Assembly: GCF_006345805.1 (NCBI RefSeq)
Contig: NC_043006.1
Coordinates: 100,626,001-100,690,000, forward strand
Direction of reading: 5' to 3'
DNA from: Octopus sinensis
Lineage: Eukaryota
DNA length: 64,000 nucleotides
Part shown: one piece after another, positions 1 through 12,640 of the stretch
How positions within the stretch are numbered: the stretch's first letter is position 1
Layout: every line of letters starts with the position of its first letter
Notes under the pieces: generated by a model
Databases searched by the model: none
Told to the model about the DNA's origin: nothing
Seen by the model: the letters and a program-made list of their open reading frames with translations, nothing else
Made by a program: the position numbers and the translations under genes

Positions 1-145
1 GTATATACCTACCTACCAACCTACATACATACATACATACATCATACATACATACATACTACATACATACATACATATATACATATACACACATATGTAC
101 GTACGTATAAACATACATTCTTACACACACGTGTACATATACACT
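1..145. repeat. (TACA)n/(CA)n microsatellite
   Basis: Direct read of tandem acat units. Confidence 0.85.
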
Positions 146-1552
146 CAGTACCGGAGGGTTATTTTCAAGATGATAATATATTAAAATCTGAGAAAGATTA
201 GAGATGAATATAATTTGTAATAGAAACCAATGTCTGAATCTCTTATTCCTGTCGTCGACAGAAGTGGAGATGAGAAACTCAGAGCTGCTCACACTCTATT
301 TTATAAGTTTTATAGCCTCTGGAATTTTTCATTACGTTAATTTCATATTTCGTTATGAGCTCCAGTTTTCAGTTTGTCAGTAACACACTACCAGGTCCAT
401 TCAACTTTTTGGGATCTTCAGAAGCCAATATTGTAGATGAAAAATTGGTGTATGTCATCAGCATTTAGGGTAGAAAATATGGACATTGATATTTGTGGGT
501 CATGACAGTTATATTAGTCATAACATTACTGTCTAGTCTGAAATTTTCACTCCCAGAAATTTACTTTCATCTGACAGACAAAATAGTTTTGTTTCGGTTT
601 GATTTGGTTTTGGGTGAGTACATTACACGTGTCACTAATTTTAGTTTTGTTTTATACTACTAGTAGCTCTCGTACTATCATTGCATGTGAATTGGCGGAA
701 TAGTTAAAGCATTGGATAGATTATATTCTCTGCATTCAGAGTTTAAATATTACTCAAGACGCAATTTACTTCTTAAATAAATCAATAAAATAAGGATCCA
801 CAACAGGAAGAAGTACATTTTATTTTTATTGGCTCTTAGTTAGGAAGGGAAGCACGCGATCCTTTCTACATAGCTTCTGGGACTTGTGATAGATGAAGAC
901 ATCCCCAAACCAAATCCCTCGCCCGAATGCTTGCAACCGAGTAGACTCTGCTGAAGATAATCGACGTACCAACTGATATTCTTAAACAGGGCAACGGAAT
1001 TTACAATACCATCCAAGGTTCTACCTGTAAAATCGTGTCTCTCCTTTACCTGCTTACGTTCTTTTCCTCTCTCTCTCTCTCTCTCTCTCTGACTTTCTCT
1101 CTCTTCTCCTGTCCTTTTCTCACTGTTTCGCCCGTAACCTCTTGGTATTTGCTTCACACATGAAGCGCCACATCCGTTGATGTACATCACCATCACATCA
1201 ATGAAACAAAAGGACCCTGCACTGAGGCAAATAAGGCGTCGGTAAAGGAGTGCATCACTTTCATCATTAACTATGTGCTTTGGGCAAAAACTCCTGTACA
1301 AGACACGTGTATACCGGGATGACTTCAGCTTAGTTAATTATCTGTCAGTTATATCGGACCAGACTTTTGGTTCCATCCTCATCTAGGTTTTCTTGTACAT
1401 ATTCAGTCTGGTTATTTGCCACGTCACTCTTAAGGAGAATCACGAAGTAAGAGACACTTCGTCATCAAATTAATAAAATGTTTTTTTGTTTTAATGGAAT
1501 TATCCATACTTCAACAAAATGTTCTCCGCATCACAACAATGCGTAGATTATA

Positions 1553-1785
1553 TATTTCTTTACTATCCACAAGGGGCTAAACACAGAGGAGACAAACAAG
1601 GACAGACAAAGGGATTAAGTCGATTACATCGACCCCAGTGCGTAACTGGTACTTAATTTATCGACCTCGGAAGGATGAAAGGCAAAGTCGACCTCGGCGG
1701 AATTTGAACTCGGAACGTAACGGCAGACGAAATACGGCAACGCATTTCGCCCGGCGTGCTAACGTTTCTGCCAGCTCGCCGCCTT
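1553..1785 (-). mobile_element. tRNA-derived SINE family B (Meta-domain-like), monomer with 15-bp TSD
   Basis: Minus strand reads GGCGGCGAGCTGGCAGAAACG (A box), GAGTTCAAATTCC (B box), then GTCGACTTTGCCTTTCATCC; flanked by direct repeat aatgcgtagattata at 1538-1552 and 1786-1800. Confidence 0.9.
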
Positions 1786-1835
1786 AATGCGTAGATTATA
1801 GGTTTCTTCTAGTAACACTTGAAGTGATATTACGA

Positions 1836-2046
1836 TGGCGAGCTGGCAGAATCCGCAACACGTCGGACATAACAATTAGCTGCATTTCGTCTGGATTTCC
1901 GCTCTGATTTCAAATTACGCTGAGATCAACTTTGCCTTTCATCTGATCGGAGTCTATAAAATGAGTACCAGTTCAACAGCGGTGTCGATGTAAACGACTT
2001 ATACCCTCCCACGAAATTACTGCCGTTGTGCCAAAATTCCAAACTG
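1836..2046 (+). mobile_element. SINE family B, older diverged copy
   Basis: ggcgagctggcagaat head, ttcaaattacgctgagatcaactttgcctttcatc body; head-to-head with the previous copy. Confidence 0.8.
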
Positions 2047-4039
2047 ATTTTTAAACTAATAACGATATTCTACATCCAGTCGTTTTAGATACACATATAG
2101 ATGAAACCCCATCATTTCGCTGTCAGTTTGTCTCAGCTTGTTGTCTATACTCGACAATACTGGATTTGGTTAGGTGTTGCAGTAGTCGAGAGATGGGCAT
2201 CTACTCCTAGATGCAATTTGAACTCAGAACGAAAATAGTTGGAATAAATTCCGCAGGCTCTCTCGTCGAACGCGCTGATATTTCCGATAATCTTCCGTTT
2301 GGGACAAGTATTTTACTTATCATTTTCGAAATTATCAAAAGGAACGTTGATAATAAGAGGAATTTTATATACACTGATGTATTCTGTAAGCCCTTTAATG
2401 ACTGTGCGGATCTGTCCGTTTTATATTCATATTCATTGCTTCAAAAATATCTCTTCATTCCTTACAGAGAAAAGAATTCAGTCAAAAGAATAGCATAATT
2501 ACTTGTCGCTTCTCTTGGTCTGTAATTAATTCATATTCGTATTCATATCCTCGTAAAAAAAATTGAAAAAACAATTATGCAAAATATGAAAGGAATTTTT
2601 AACAATATTCATGCATTTCATCTGTGGTAGTATTACCACAAATTATGTAAATTTATTAACAATAATTTGAAAAAAGAATTTAAGAAAGCGCGGAAATCGC
2701 AACACAATTCGATAGCAATGAGGGAAAACAATAGAAGAAAGATGTTAAAATGGTGAATGGATTGCGAAACACACAAACTTTTCACGTAACTCTTTGTTAG
2801 TATTTATTCAATTCATAGAACTGCTTTTCACCAATTAGATATTTCATTTAAATATTTGTCAGCTATTATTTAGTTCACACCAATGTTTGTCAGAATTTAC
2901 TCAGTTCACGTACTTGTTGGTCTCCATTTACTCAGTTCACATAACTTTAGCATTTACAAAGTGTGTATGGCGAGCAAGGAAGTAGGGAGAAAGGGGGAAA
3001 GAGAAAGAGAGAGAACTTGAGCCGTGAGTTGGCGCTTTACTAAGGCATGAGTCTTTTGTTGCTTTTTTTCGGATTCTAATTCATTCAGTTAAGCAAAATC
3101 CATAATAATTAGTTATCAAAATTTGAACTGTTTTCTTTCTGTAGATTTGAAGCTTTATTACATAGTATTTTATTAGGGATTTTCATCTCTTCATATGTAG
3201 TTGTGTCGTATACAAAAGGACGATTTATATTTCCGAGAATTGCGAGTCTGAATCTCTATTTTTCTTCACTTTATAACTCATTCACCCACAGGAGAAAATA
3301 ATAATCTTAAAATCAGCATGTACTGTCATGCGACCATTTCTATTAATGTAGCTTATTGACTTCACGACTAAATTAAGATTTTTTTCTAATTGTTTTGCAA
3401 AAACCTCGTCGTTGTTCTAGATATCACCAAGTACCTGACACAAAAGAGAAGCCATCAAAATGAAAAATTGTGCTAAAGAAAAAATAAATTTTAAATATAT
3501 ATATATTTACATTTATTTTTTAAATATAGTACCAATTAGATGATCTGATCCCGCAAAATATGAAAAATTAATATTTTGGGCTCAAATCAAATTTCCTATT
3601 TATATCAAAAGTATAATTATGCATTTTGCTATAATTAATTATGCAAAATTACAAGTAACCAAAAACAAATTCAAGTTAAAAATATATGAAAATTTGATAA
3701 ATTACTGGAATTAAAAATTTATCATTCCTAAATTTATACAAAAAATGTTTCTTAGTTTTATTCAAATGATATTTGGAAAAGGATTCGTTGAATTTGAATT
3801 TCAATGGATCACAACACTTTAAAATGTAATTTTTTTAATATTAAAAAATTCATTGAAATTGTTCTTAGTTTCGGTAACTTGTTTGTTTAATATGTTTACT
3901 GTTGTTCTTTTGCTGGTTTTCCTATCGCTCGCCTCCTATTCATTATGTCTGTATGTGGCAAAGACAGCAAAAGACTAGTTATTTTACATAATTCCAAAAT
4001 ATTACCAAGCTTGCTATCTCACAGTTGGTTGTTGATGCT

Positions 4040-4432
4040 TCTTACTTCTTCTTCTTCTTCTTCTTCCAACCAGGACTCACGCCATTAGCCACAAAGAATA
4101 ATCTCTAATTCGAGCCTACTCTAAGCTACAAAGAATGCCTGTGGCAACTTGAAGATCCGCCCACCACACGCGATAGACAGGCGGTTGCACGGGCGCGAAA
4201 GCTAAGTTGTTATCATCATTCCGTAAACGGTGGCTTTTAACGGGTGGAGACCTAAACCGTCCTGGGGTACAGAGGATTCGCAATCTAGACTAGGGTCTGA
4301 AGGTTTACCACACCATAGTGCGTTACACCATGGTTCCTCTGATTTGTGGCAGAAGTAGGAAGAAAGAGTGAGAGAAAGTTGTAGTGAAAGGGTACAGTGG
4401 GGTTCACCACCCTCTCCCGCCGGAGACTCGTG
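4040..4432 (-). mobile_element. SINE family C-related fragment with (AAG)n tail
   Basis: Shares gtgagagaaagt...gtgaaa...tacag...caccacc...gccggag block with the copies at 19661 and 56554; (ctt)n at 4040-4066 is the likely tail. Confidence 0.55.
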
Positions 4433-4546
4433 TGTGTGTGTTAGTACCGGCATGTAAAAATGAGTGCAAATTTATATATATTTATACATACGCTCATACA
4501 CATACATACATATACGTATAAACATATACATACATACATACATACA

Positions 4547-4582
<36 letters not shown>

Positions 4583-4853
4583 TACATATATATATATACA
4601 TAGATACATATAAATATATATGTATTTTGTTATATTTCGGAATGGTCATTTTGCCAGTTTAGCCAATAAAAAAAACACGCACTATATATTTGGTGTTATT
4701 TTGCTTCAGGATTATTTATTTTTTACATTAATCTTAATCTTATTGCGAAATATAACAATATCTGTTTCAACACACGACTTCACATAAAAATCTTGCACAA
4801 CAAATATATAAACGTACATATATATATATTATATATATATATATAATATATTA

Positions 4854-4899
<46 letters not shown>

Positions 4900-5385
4900 C
4901 TACATACATACATATAATATTTATGCATATGTATATCTGAGGTAGTCAGAGAGAGTGAGTGTCACTGTGTTATGCAAACATGACTATACACAAGGACAAA
5001 GAGAGTAATCATGTGTACGCGAGAATATTCATGTGTACAGAAGCGTACAAGCGTTCGTGTGTATGCAAACGATATAAAGGCTCAAAATCCCTTGCACGAA
5101 CAGCTATACATAAGTACAAAGTACAAAGCCCTCGACAGATAAATATACGTGTATATGTTGATATAGACCCACAGGCAAACACGCTTACAATATCATGTAC
5201 ATATACAGAGGCAGGTATCTGCGGAGCTAGAGTCCCGAAACACACACGCAACTGCATACATGCATACATACATATATATATGTGTGTGTGTGTGTGTGTG
5301 TATGTATTTATGTATGTATGTTTGTATGTAAATGTATATATGTGTGTGTATGTGCATATGTGTGTGTATATATATATATATATAT

Positions 5386-5610
5386 TCTTTTTACTCTTTT
5401 ACTTCTTTCAGTCATTTGACTGCAGCCATGCTGGAGCACCGCCTTTAGTCGAGCAAATCGACCCCCCCCCCGGGACTTATTCTTTGTAAGCCCAGTACTT
5501 ATTCTATCGGTCTCTTTTGCCGAACCGCTAATTGACGGGGACGTAAACACACCAGCATCAGTTGTCAAGCAATGCTAGGGGGACAAACACAGACGCACAA
5601 ACACACACAC

Positions 5611-5653
<43 letters not shown>

Positions 5654-5780
5654 TACGACAGGCTTCTTTCAGTTTCCGTCTACCAAATCCACTCACAAGG
5701 CATTGATCGGCCCGGGGCTATAGCAGAAGACACTTGCCCAAGATGCCATGCAGTGGGACTGAACCCGGAACCATGCGCCT
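5386..5780 (-). mobile_element. tRNA-derived SINE family A with internal CA/TA microsatellite (head partly deleted)
   Basis: Near-identical reverse complement of 39908-40334. Confidence 0.9.
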
Positions 5781-5797
5781 ATATATATATATATATA

Positions 5798-6348
5798 GGT
5801 GGTTGTCTACTCCATATGTAGTGTTTGGCCACCACCTGTACCTACACCTTAGAATCATCATGCCATCTGATGTGCCCTTTTAAACCAGACAATTTTCTAA
5901 ACAGACACCTACATAGATTGCACATCCAATTTGGACGACCAAGAGCTACAAGATAAGTTCTGATCTTTGTGGATCTTAAAATGTCCTTTGAGGCCTCCGT
6001 TAGATTTGCAAACTTTCTGGCATACACTGTATTCAAAGGTGTGCACAGACATACAGGCAGAATAGTTGGTGGAGGTTCGTTTCCCATGCGTTCGCCAATG
6101 AGATTTGAGCCCAGCAAAAGAAAGGCATGGTCTCTCACAAACTGTGCACACAAAAATGTCATTGTCATTCACCTTCTCGATTATATTTTTCCTTAGATTT
6201 CTTTGGAGTCTTGCATGCGTTATCCTCGCCTCTTTAAACGCTTTCACTCCACTCCATACTTTTGTTCGCCATCCACCTCGATTCAAAGCAAGGGTTTCTA
6301 TGTCTGCTGGATCCATCCCAAGTGACTTCATCCCAAGTCCTTATTACC

Positions 6349-6349
<1 letters not shown>
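5798..6349 (-). mobile_element. 5'-truncated RTE-clade LINE 3' end encoding C-terminal C2H2 zinc fingers
   Basis: ORF 5909-6331: ETLALNRGGWRTKVWSGV (RTE C-terminal motif), CTVCERPCLSFAGLKSHWRTH, SVCQKVCKSNGGLKGHFKIH; frameshifted CNLCRCLFRKLSGLKGHIRWH; bounded by (TA)n on both sides. Confidence 0.8.
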
Positions 6350-6391
<42 letters not shown>

Positions 6392-6826
6392 TACGGTAAT
6401 AATTGTTATAATATTAGTGAAAGCCTACTTGGGAAGTTTTGGCAATACCTTCACATAACATTGCTAACTGAATGTTAGAGATGCAGTAATCGATGTACAG
6501 AAGAATGAGATTAACAGAGTTACTTGAAGCGACATAAAATGGCGAGGAAAGATCCCAATCAAACAAATCTTACACAAAATACCTTTAGACATAGAAGAGT
6601 AACGTTGCGGTATACATCTCGCTTGGATATCGACCCTTTCAGAGGTTCCGCTTGCTATGATAAAATGTAGCCCGGACATTTTCTACTTTATTCCCTAACA
6701 CTTGGATATATATACATGTAGACAAACAGAACGCACACATACACACACACACCACACACACCACACACACACAAACACACCACACATATATATAATATAT
6801 ATATATATCTATATATAATATATATT

Positions 6827-6869
<43 letters not shown>

Positions 6870-6871
6870 TA

Positions 6872-7081
6872 TCAAGTTAATCCAACAAGAAAGCACAAAA
6901 AACACAACAACGCGAGGACGTGGAACAATATAGTATTTATTGGACGCTCAGGAGAGAAGGAGGGTTTTAACGTTTCGGGCGGAGCTATTCGTCGGAAACA
7001 TAGGAGAAGGAAGATCCAGAGAAGGGAAGACAGGGGAAGAAATCACCAACGGAGCACACGCGTACACAACGGTTCACACGC

Positions 7082-7129
<48 letters not shown>

Positions 7130-7320
7130 GCATGCATATATATAATAATATATATGTGTATATATATAATATAACGGGAAGCTTTAAGAAAATAAACAAA
7201 AGACGAAGGCAGGTGGAGTACAAACAAACAATGTATTAGTAGACGCTCAAGATATAAATAAACAAGTCTTTTACGTTTCGAGCCTACGCTCTTCAACAGA
7301 AAGATACACAAAAAAGAAAC
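6872..7320 (-). mobile_element. Two short PLE pseudo-LTR-like pieces in (TA)n, each with a hammerhead-like motif
   Basis: Related blocks at 6872-7085 and 7170-7320, also related to 10930-11045; motifs at 6964-6999 and 7267-7304. Confidence 0.55.
7267..7304 (-). ncRNA. Minimal type-I hammerhead-like motif, CUGUUGA core variant
   Basis: Minus: TCTTT CTGTTGA A GAGC GTAG GCTC GAAAC GTA AAAGA (stem I 5 bp, stem II 4 bp, palindromic stem III). Confidence 0.6.
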
Positions 7321-7414
7321 ACACACACACACCCACATATAATATATATATATATATAATATATATATATATATATTTATTATATAATCTATATTTATAT
7401 ATATAATATATATT

Positions 7415-7468
<54 letters not shown>

Positions 7469-7499
7469 CGTATTTATATATATTATATATATATATATG

Positions 7500-7537
<38 letters not shown>

Positions 7538-7565
7538 TAAATACGTATATATATATATAATATAT

Positions 7566-7599
<34 letters not shown>

Positions 7600-7604
7600 T
7601 TGTG

Positions 7605-7635
<31 letters not shown>

Positions 7636-7687
7636 GTGTGTGTGTGTGTTTCTTTTCTGTGTATCTTTCTGTCCGACGGTCTATCTG

Positions 7688-7860
7688 AGTCCGACGGTCC
7701 CTATCTGAAAGTTTTGCTTTACTTCCGGATTTTTCTTTCGACGAGGAGGTTTTTCCCATTACTTTCGAACACCAACATTTTGGCTGTTTTCATTACGCTA
7801 GCGCGCCTACCATAAGAGCATTATTTTGACTCATGAATTAAATTGCATACAAGTGATCAA
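7688..7860 (-). repeat. Inverted duplicate of the start of the Tc1 remnant (9120-9292)
   Basis: Reverse complement of 9120-9292; translates [23 protein letters not shown]. Confidence 0.85.
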
Positions 7861-7910
7861 GTTGCTATAAATATACATATACATATATATGTATATATCT
7901 ACATATATTG

Positions 7911-7987
<77 letters not shown>

Positions 7988-7996
<9 letters not shown>

Positions 7997-8975
7997 ATAC
8001 TGTTCTATATATGTGTGTGTTGGCGTAGGGTTAGAAACCATTTTTTGTGTACGTGTGTGCGTTTTAAATAGCGTTTTAAATAGCGTTTATAATAATACCG
8101 GCACCCATAGCCCTTGGTAACAAATTCTGAAATAGCCTTTAAGATATCTAATCTAAACGATTAACCACTGCAAGGGAATTACTCCTATAAGACAAACGGG
8201 GCTTGGTTTTATTCACAGCGGGGGGTTTCCTTGACAAGGCAGGCTTAGATGAACACACACACACATAAAACATAATATATATTTTTTTTTTTCTGCCACC
8301 CAACGGTTCTCACGGCAGTAGCCACTGACAGCCGAACGATCAAACGCACACACGTACACAAAAAATGTTTTCTACCCCTACGCCAACACACACATATCTA
8401 GAACAGTATACACCACCACGTCCCTCTAAGTTAGATTTTCTCGCCCCTTATAAAATCCAATATTCCTTAAATAGTCAGAACTTTATTCTCGGTCACAAGA
8501 ACATCTACACACCCTCACCACACATGATTGACCGATGCCTGACCCGTTGAATTCTTCAGCCACCGTTCTCAACATACACTGATAAAACAGTTTCGCCATG
8601 GGCTCTTAGGAGCATAGTTCGATTTGTTTTTGCTCCGCCTCTGTTCTGTTTTTGTTTTTTCCACGGATTTCCTATTTTTCTTCCTGAAGAGAAAGAAACA
8701 CAATATGGTCCATTATTCAATCGGATTTTGGTATTTGTGCCTTTCGAAACACGTGTAGAATGAAATAAAACGATTTCTGTTCAATCTGCGTTCAGCTCCA
8801 TTTCTTCAATTCACCATAATGTTTTAATTTCAATTATCCGCACCAACGCACGGTTGCAACACCATATGGTTGTACCTCCACCGTGCTGTTTACTGCTGTG
8901 ATTTTTGCTACTAAGGTATCGGTTAAACTTTTGATTAATCTACTACAAGATTATTCATCTTTTCTATTTCACACT
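7988..8975 (+). mobile_element. PLE 3' region/pseudo-LTR, same family as 41773-43210
   Basis: 8100-8975 aligns by eye with 42250-43208; 7990-8065 is an inverted copy of 8345-8412. Confidence 0.8.
8678..8764 (+). ncRNA. Type-I hammerhead ribozyme motif
   Basis: TTCTTC CTGAAGA GAAAG..CACAA....TTGTGCCTTTC GAAAC ACGT GTA GAATGAA. Confidence 0.7.
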
Positions 8976-9119
8976 AATATATATTATATATAATATATAT
9001 ATATATATATAGTATATTATAAATATAATATATATATATTATATATAGCTATATATATTATACATATATATATGTAGATATATACATATATTGTATATGT
9101 ATAATTTAATAGGAACTTG

Positions 9120-10106
9120 ACTCACTTGTATGCAATTTAATTTCATGAGTCAAATTATATGCTCTTATGGTAGGCGCTAGCGTAATGAAAACAGCCAAAA
9201 TGTTTGGTGTTCGAAAGTAATGGGAAAAACCTCCTCGTCGAAAGAAAAATCCGGAAGCAAAGCAAAACTTTCAGATAGGGACCGTCGGACTCTTGCGTGA
9301 ATTGTTGGAAATGATCACAAAAGTACAGCTCCCAAAATTACTGCAGAGTTTAATGACTAGCACGAGAACTCAGTTTTTACAAAAGCTGCCCGCCGGGAGC
9401 TGCACAAAGCCGGATTTCACGAGAGGTCTGCAATTAGAAAACCACTGCTTTCAAAACAAAACTTACAAAGCGTTTAGAGTGGAGTATAAACCCAGACAAT
9501 TGGTCCCTAGATCAGTGGAAGAATGCTATTATCTCAGACGAGTCGTCCTTTAGGTTATTTCCGACCACCGGCCAAGTATACGTATGGAGACAGCCAAAAG
9601 AAGCATTTGGCCCAGACTGCCTTCTTCCAACTGTTAAACATGGAGGAGAGATCTGTGATGATCGAGGTGGGCTATATCATGGAAATCTGCCAGCCCATTT
9701 AAGCAATATTATTTAATCAAATTTATCGTATGTTTGCAAAACTGTTTCCAGAGGGAAACACAATCTTTCAAGATAACAATGCACCAATTCCCACAGCTAA
9801 AGTTGTTACTGAATGGCACGTGGAACATTCTGGCCACCACAATCCCCAGATCTCAATATTATTGAACATTTATGGTGGTTTTCAGAAAAAGAAGCAAGTA
9901 AGGAGTCAATATCTTCCACCATCGTCACTACAAGAACTGTAGACAGTTTTAGCTGAACAATGAACAAAAATTCCTTTGGAAACAATTCCAGCTTTGTACG
10001 AGTCCATATCTCGTAGAATTCAAGCTGTAATTATTGTCAACCGTATATTAGAATAAATTTGTTTGAAATTTTAAGGTGTTTCCATTATTTTGCCCAACCC
10101 CGGTGT
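9120..10106 (+). mobile_element. Tc1-like (DD34E) transposon remnant, transposase pseudogene
   Basis: Frameshifted translation gives [62 protein letters not shown]; 3' end ggtgtttccattattttgcccaaccccggtg followed by TA. Confidence 0.9.
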
Positions 10107-10130
10107 ATATATATATATATATATATATAT

Positions 10131-10900
10131 AATGAGAATAAAATTTCTTTCGAAAAAAATATTCTTTCGAAAAAAATATTTTATCAATGGCCAGCATATT
10201 AAAAAATGCCTTAAACGGTTAAATTTATAAACAATTCATAAATGAGGGCAAAGGAAAAAATTTATAATGCCAAATATGCCGAATTTTTTAGAAATTTCTG
10301 TCGACCTTTTTTCGAGTAGCGTGCGTATTGTAAAAAAATTATATGGTTAATGGACAATATGTCCAATTTTTCGGCATATTTGGCATTATAAATGTTTTCC
10401 TTTGCCCTCATTTATGAATTGTTTATAAATTTAACCGTTTACGGTATTTTTTAATATGCTGGCCATTCATAAAATATTTTTTCGAAAGAAATTTTATCCT
10501 CATTAGATATAAATTTAAGCGTTCACTTCCGGACTATCTCACTCTGTGAGAGCCTCAGTTCAAATCGCACGTGTCTCGAATGGGCTGGAGTATTTCTATT
10601 TTCGATGTATTTGGGGTACTTAGTTGTGCTCATGACTTAGTGTTTGCTTCTTCCATGGGTATGAGTAAGTATCTCATTTATTTCTTTTGCCGCATGTAAT
10701 CACTGACGAAGAGAGGGCTCTTAGTAGCTAACTGAAATCGTCCTATATGGTAATAATGGTATTTTTTTAGAAATTTCTGTCGACCTTTTTTCGAGTAGCG
10801 TGCGTATTGTGAAAAAATTATATGGTTATGGGACAATATATCCAATTTTTTCGGCATATTTGGCATTATAAATTTTTTCCTCTGCCCTCTTTATGAATTA
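10131..10900. mobile_element. PLE-like fold-back plus partial tandem element in (TA)n
   Basis: 10131-10283 is inverted relative to 10370-10504; 10284-10420 is directly repeated at about 10763-10900. Confidence 0.7.
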
Positions 10901-10929
10901 TATTATATATATATAATATAATATATATA

Positions 10930-11640
10930 TAGGAAGAGATACGAAAAAATACAAAAGAAGAAGACAGGTGGTGTACAAAACAAACAGATGTATTAGTATA
11001 ACGCTCAGGAATAGAAAAAAGTCTTTTACGTTTCGAGTCTACGCCCTCTCTCTATATATATATGTATATATATATATACACACACAAACAGATGCAAGTA
11101 GGTATGCATCTGTGTGTGAGTATGTGTGTGTACGTGTGTGTTTTGGGTGGGGGCGTTTTTGTGCGTACGTATGCATATATTTAAAATGTAATTTTTGTAT
11201 GCCTAAAAACGCATATCTTTTCTATTAACGAAATGAAGACGCATTACAAATATAAAGTCAGATATATTGTTTACTGTTGCAGGTCAGAAATCTAAAACCG
11301 GCGCATGAATTGTATGATCGTTATATATCCCCTTTATCGTGTATTTATTTCAGTTATTAGACTACGGCCATACTGGGGCACCGCCTTCAAGGATTTTTAG
11401 ACGAAGAAATCGACTTCAGTTCTTATATTTTATGAGGCTGGTACTTATTTACCGATCTGTTTTACCGAACCGCTATGTTTACAGATATGTAACACCCACA
11501 GCAATTCACAAACGGTGGTGGGAGAAAATACAGACACATACACCGACGCACAGATATATATATATGAGCGTTATACAAATACATCGGTTTGTTTTGTACA
11601 CCACCTATCTTCGTCTTTGGTTTTTTCGTAAACTCTCCCT
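10930..11640. repeat. Inverted pair of pseudo-LTR-like pieces (10930-11045 and 11565-11640) around a degenerate SINE A (11345-11545)
   Basis: ggtggtgtacaaaacaaacagatgtattagtataacgctca vs tgagcgttatacaaatacatcggtttgttttgtacaccacc. Confidence 0.65.
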
Positions 11641-11684
11641 ATATATGTATATATATATATATACATATCTATATACATATATAT

Positions 11685-11717
<33 letters not shown>

Positions 11718-11889
11718 CATACATATATATATATACATATATATATACATATATATATACATATATATACACACATATATATATATATACATATATATAT
11801 ACATAAATATATATATTTACGTATATATATACATATATAAATATATTTACGTATATATATATATGCATATATATAAATATATATATATT

Positions 11890-12640
11890 CTTATACCACT
11901 AAGCACTGACATGTCCGACCTAATCTATATTCTTCAATTCCTCATTCCATCATATTACTACCCTCTCTCTGCCCCATCACTTAGACTCTATCACTACATA
12001 ACTGATACTCCTTTACTTTGTATTCTATTATACCTCTCTCTCTATCTCTCTCTCTCTATCACCCTCATATCTCCATTCCTACTTTCAAGTTATCTTGACT
12101 GACCACTAACTGGTACACCTTCCCTGTCTTCATCTCATTATTATCTCTCCTTGTTTTTCTTTTTCCTTTTTTCTTTTCTTTATTCCTCTCTTCCTATTGT
12201 CGATTTAACCTTGCAAATACATTCCCTACTTTTAGGTCACTTTAAATAAAACCTTCGATTCAATAGCACTGTATACAAACTCTATACTTGGAATGACCAA
12301 TTTTAAATACTATTGGAATTTACTCACAAGGTATTGGAATCTTATATGTATACCATTCAGTCTAAATAATGAATCTACAAATGCAATATCCCTGCATATC
12401 ACACATCTATTTTCATTCCTCCACTTCACTCTCTATTTCATATCTTATCTAAATTAACTATTGCTTAAACATCTTCTCATACCGTCTCCGATGAAGGAAT
12501 ATAATAAATATCCCAGAAACAGCTTTAAGACCTTCGATTTGTAAATGTTCTAAAATGTTCACAGCGTTGGGTTTTTTATCGGTTTCTAAAACAAATTTTA
12601 TCGTTGGGATTTTTTATCGCTTTCTAAAAAAATTATATAT
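11890..12640 (+). mobile_element. PLE-like 3' tail/pseudo-LTR with hammerhead motif
   Basis: Pyrimidine-rich block bounded by TA-rich repeats; motif at 12484-12531; 37-bp tandem duplication at 12565-12638. Confidence 0.55.
12484..12531 (+). ncRNA. Type-I hammerhead-like motif, CCGAUGA core variant
   Basis: GTCT CCGATGA A GGAATAT AATAA ATATCCC A GAAAC AGCT TTA AGAC; stem I GTCT/AGAC, palindromic AGCT loop III. Confidence 0.55.

Noticed and set aside
840-1301. 153-aa minus-strand ORF
   Set aside because: No recognisable domain, spans a (CT)n tract, non-ATG start
10700-10750. CTGACGA...GAAA hammerhead candidate
   Set aside because: No convincing stem I or stem II pairing
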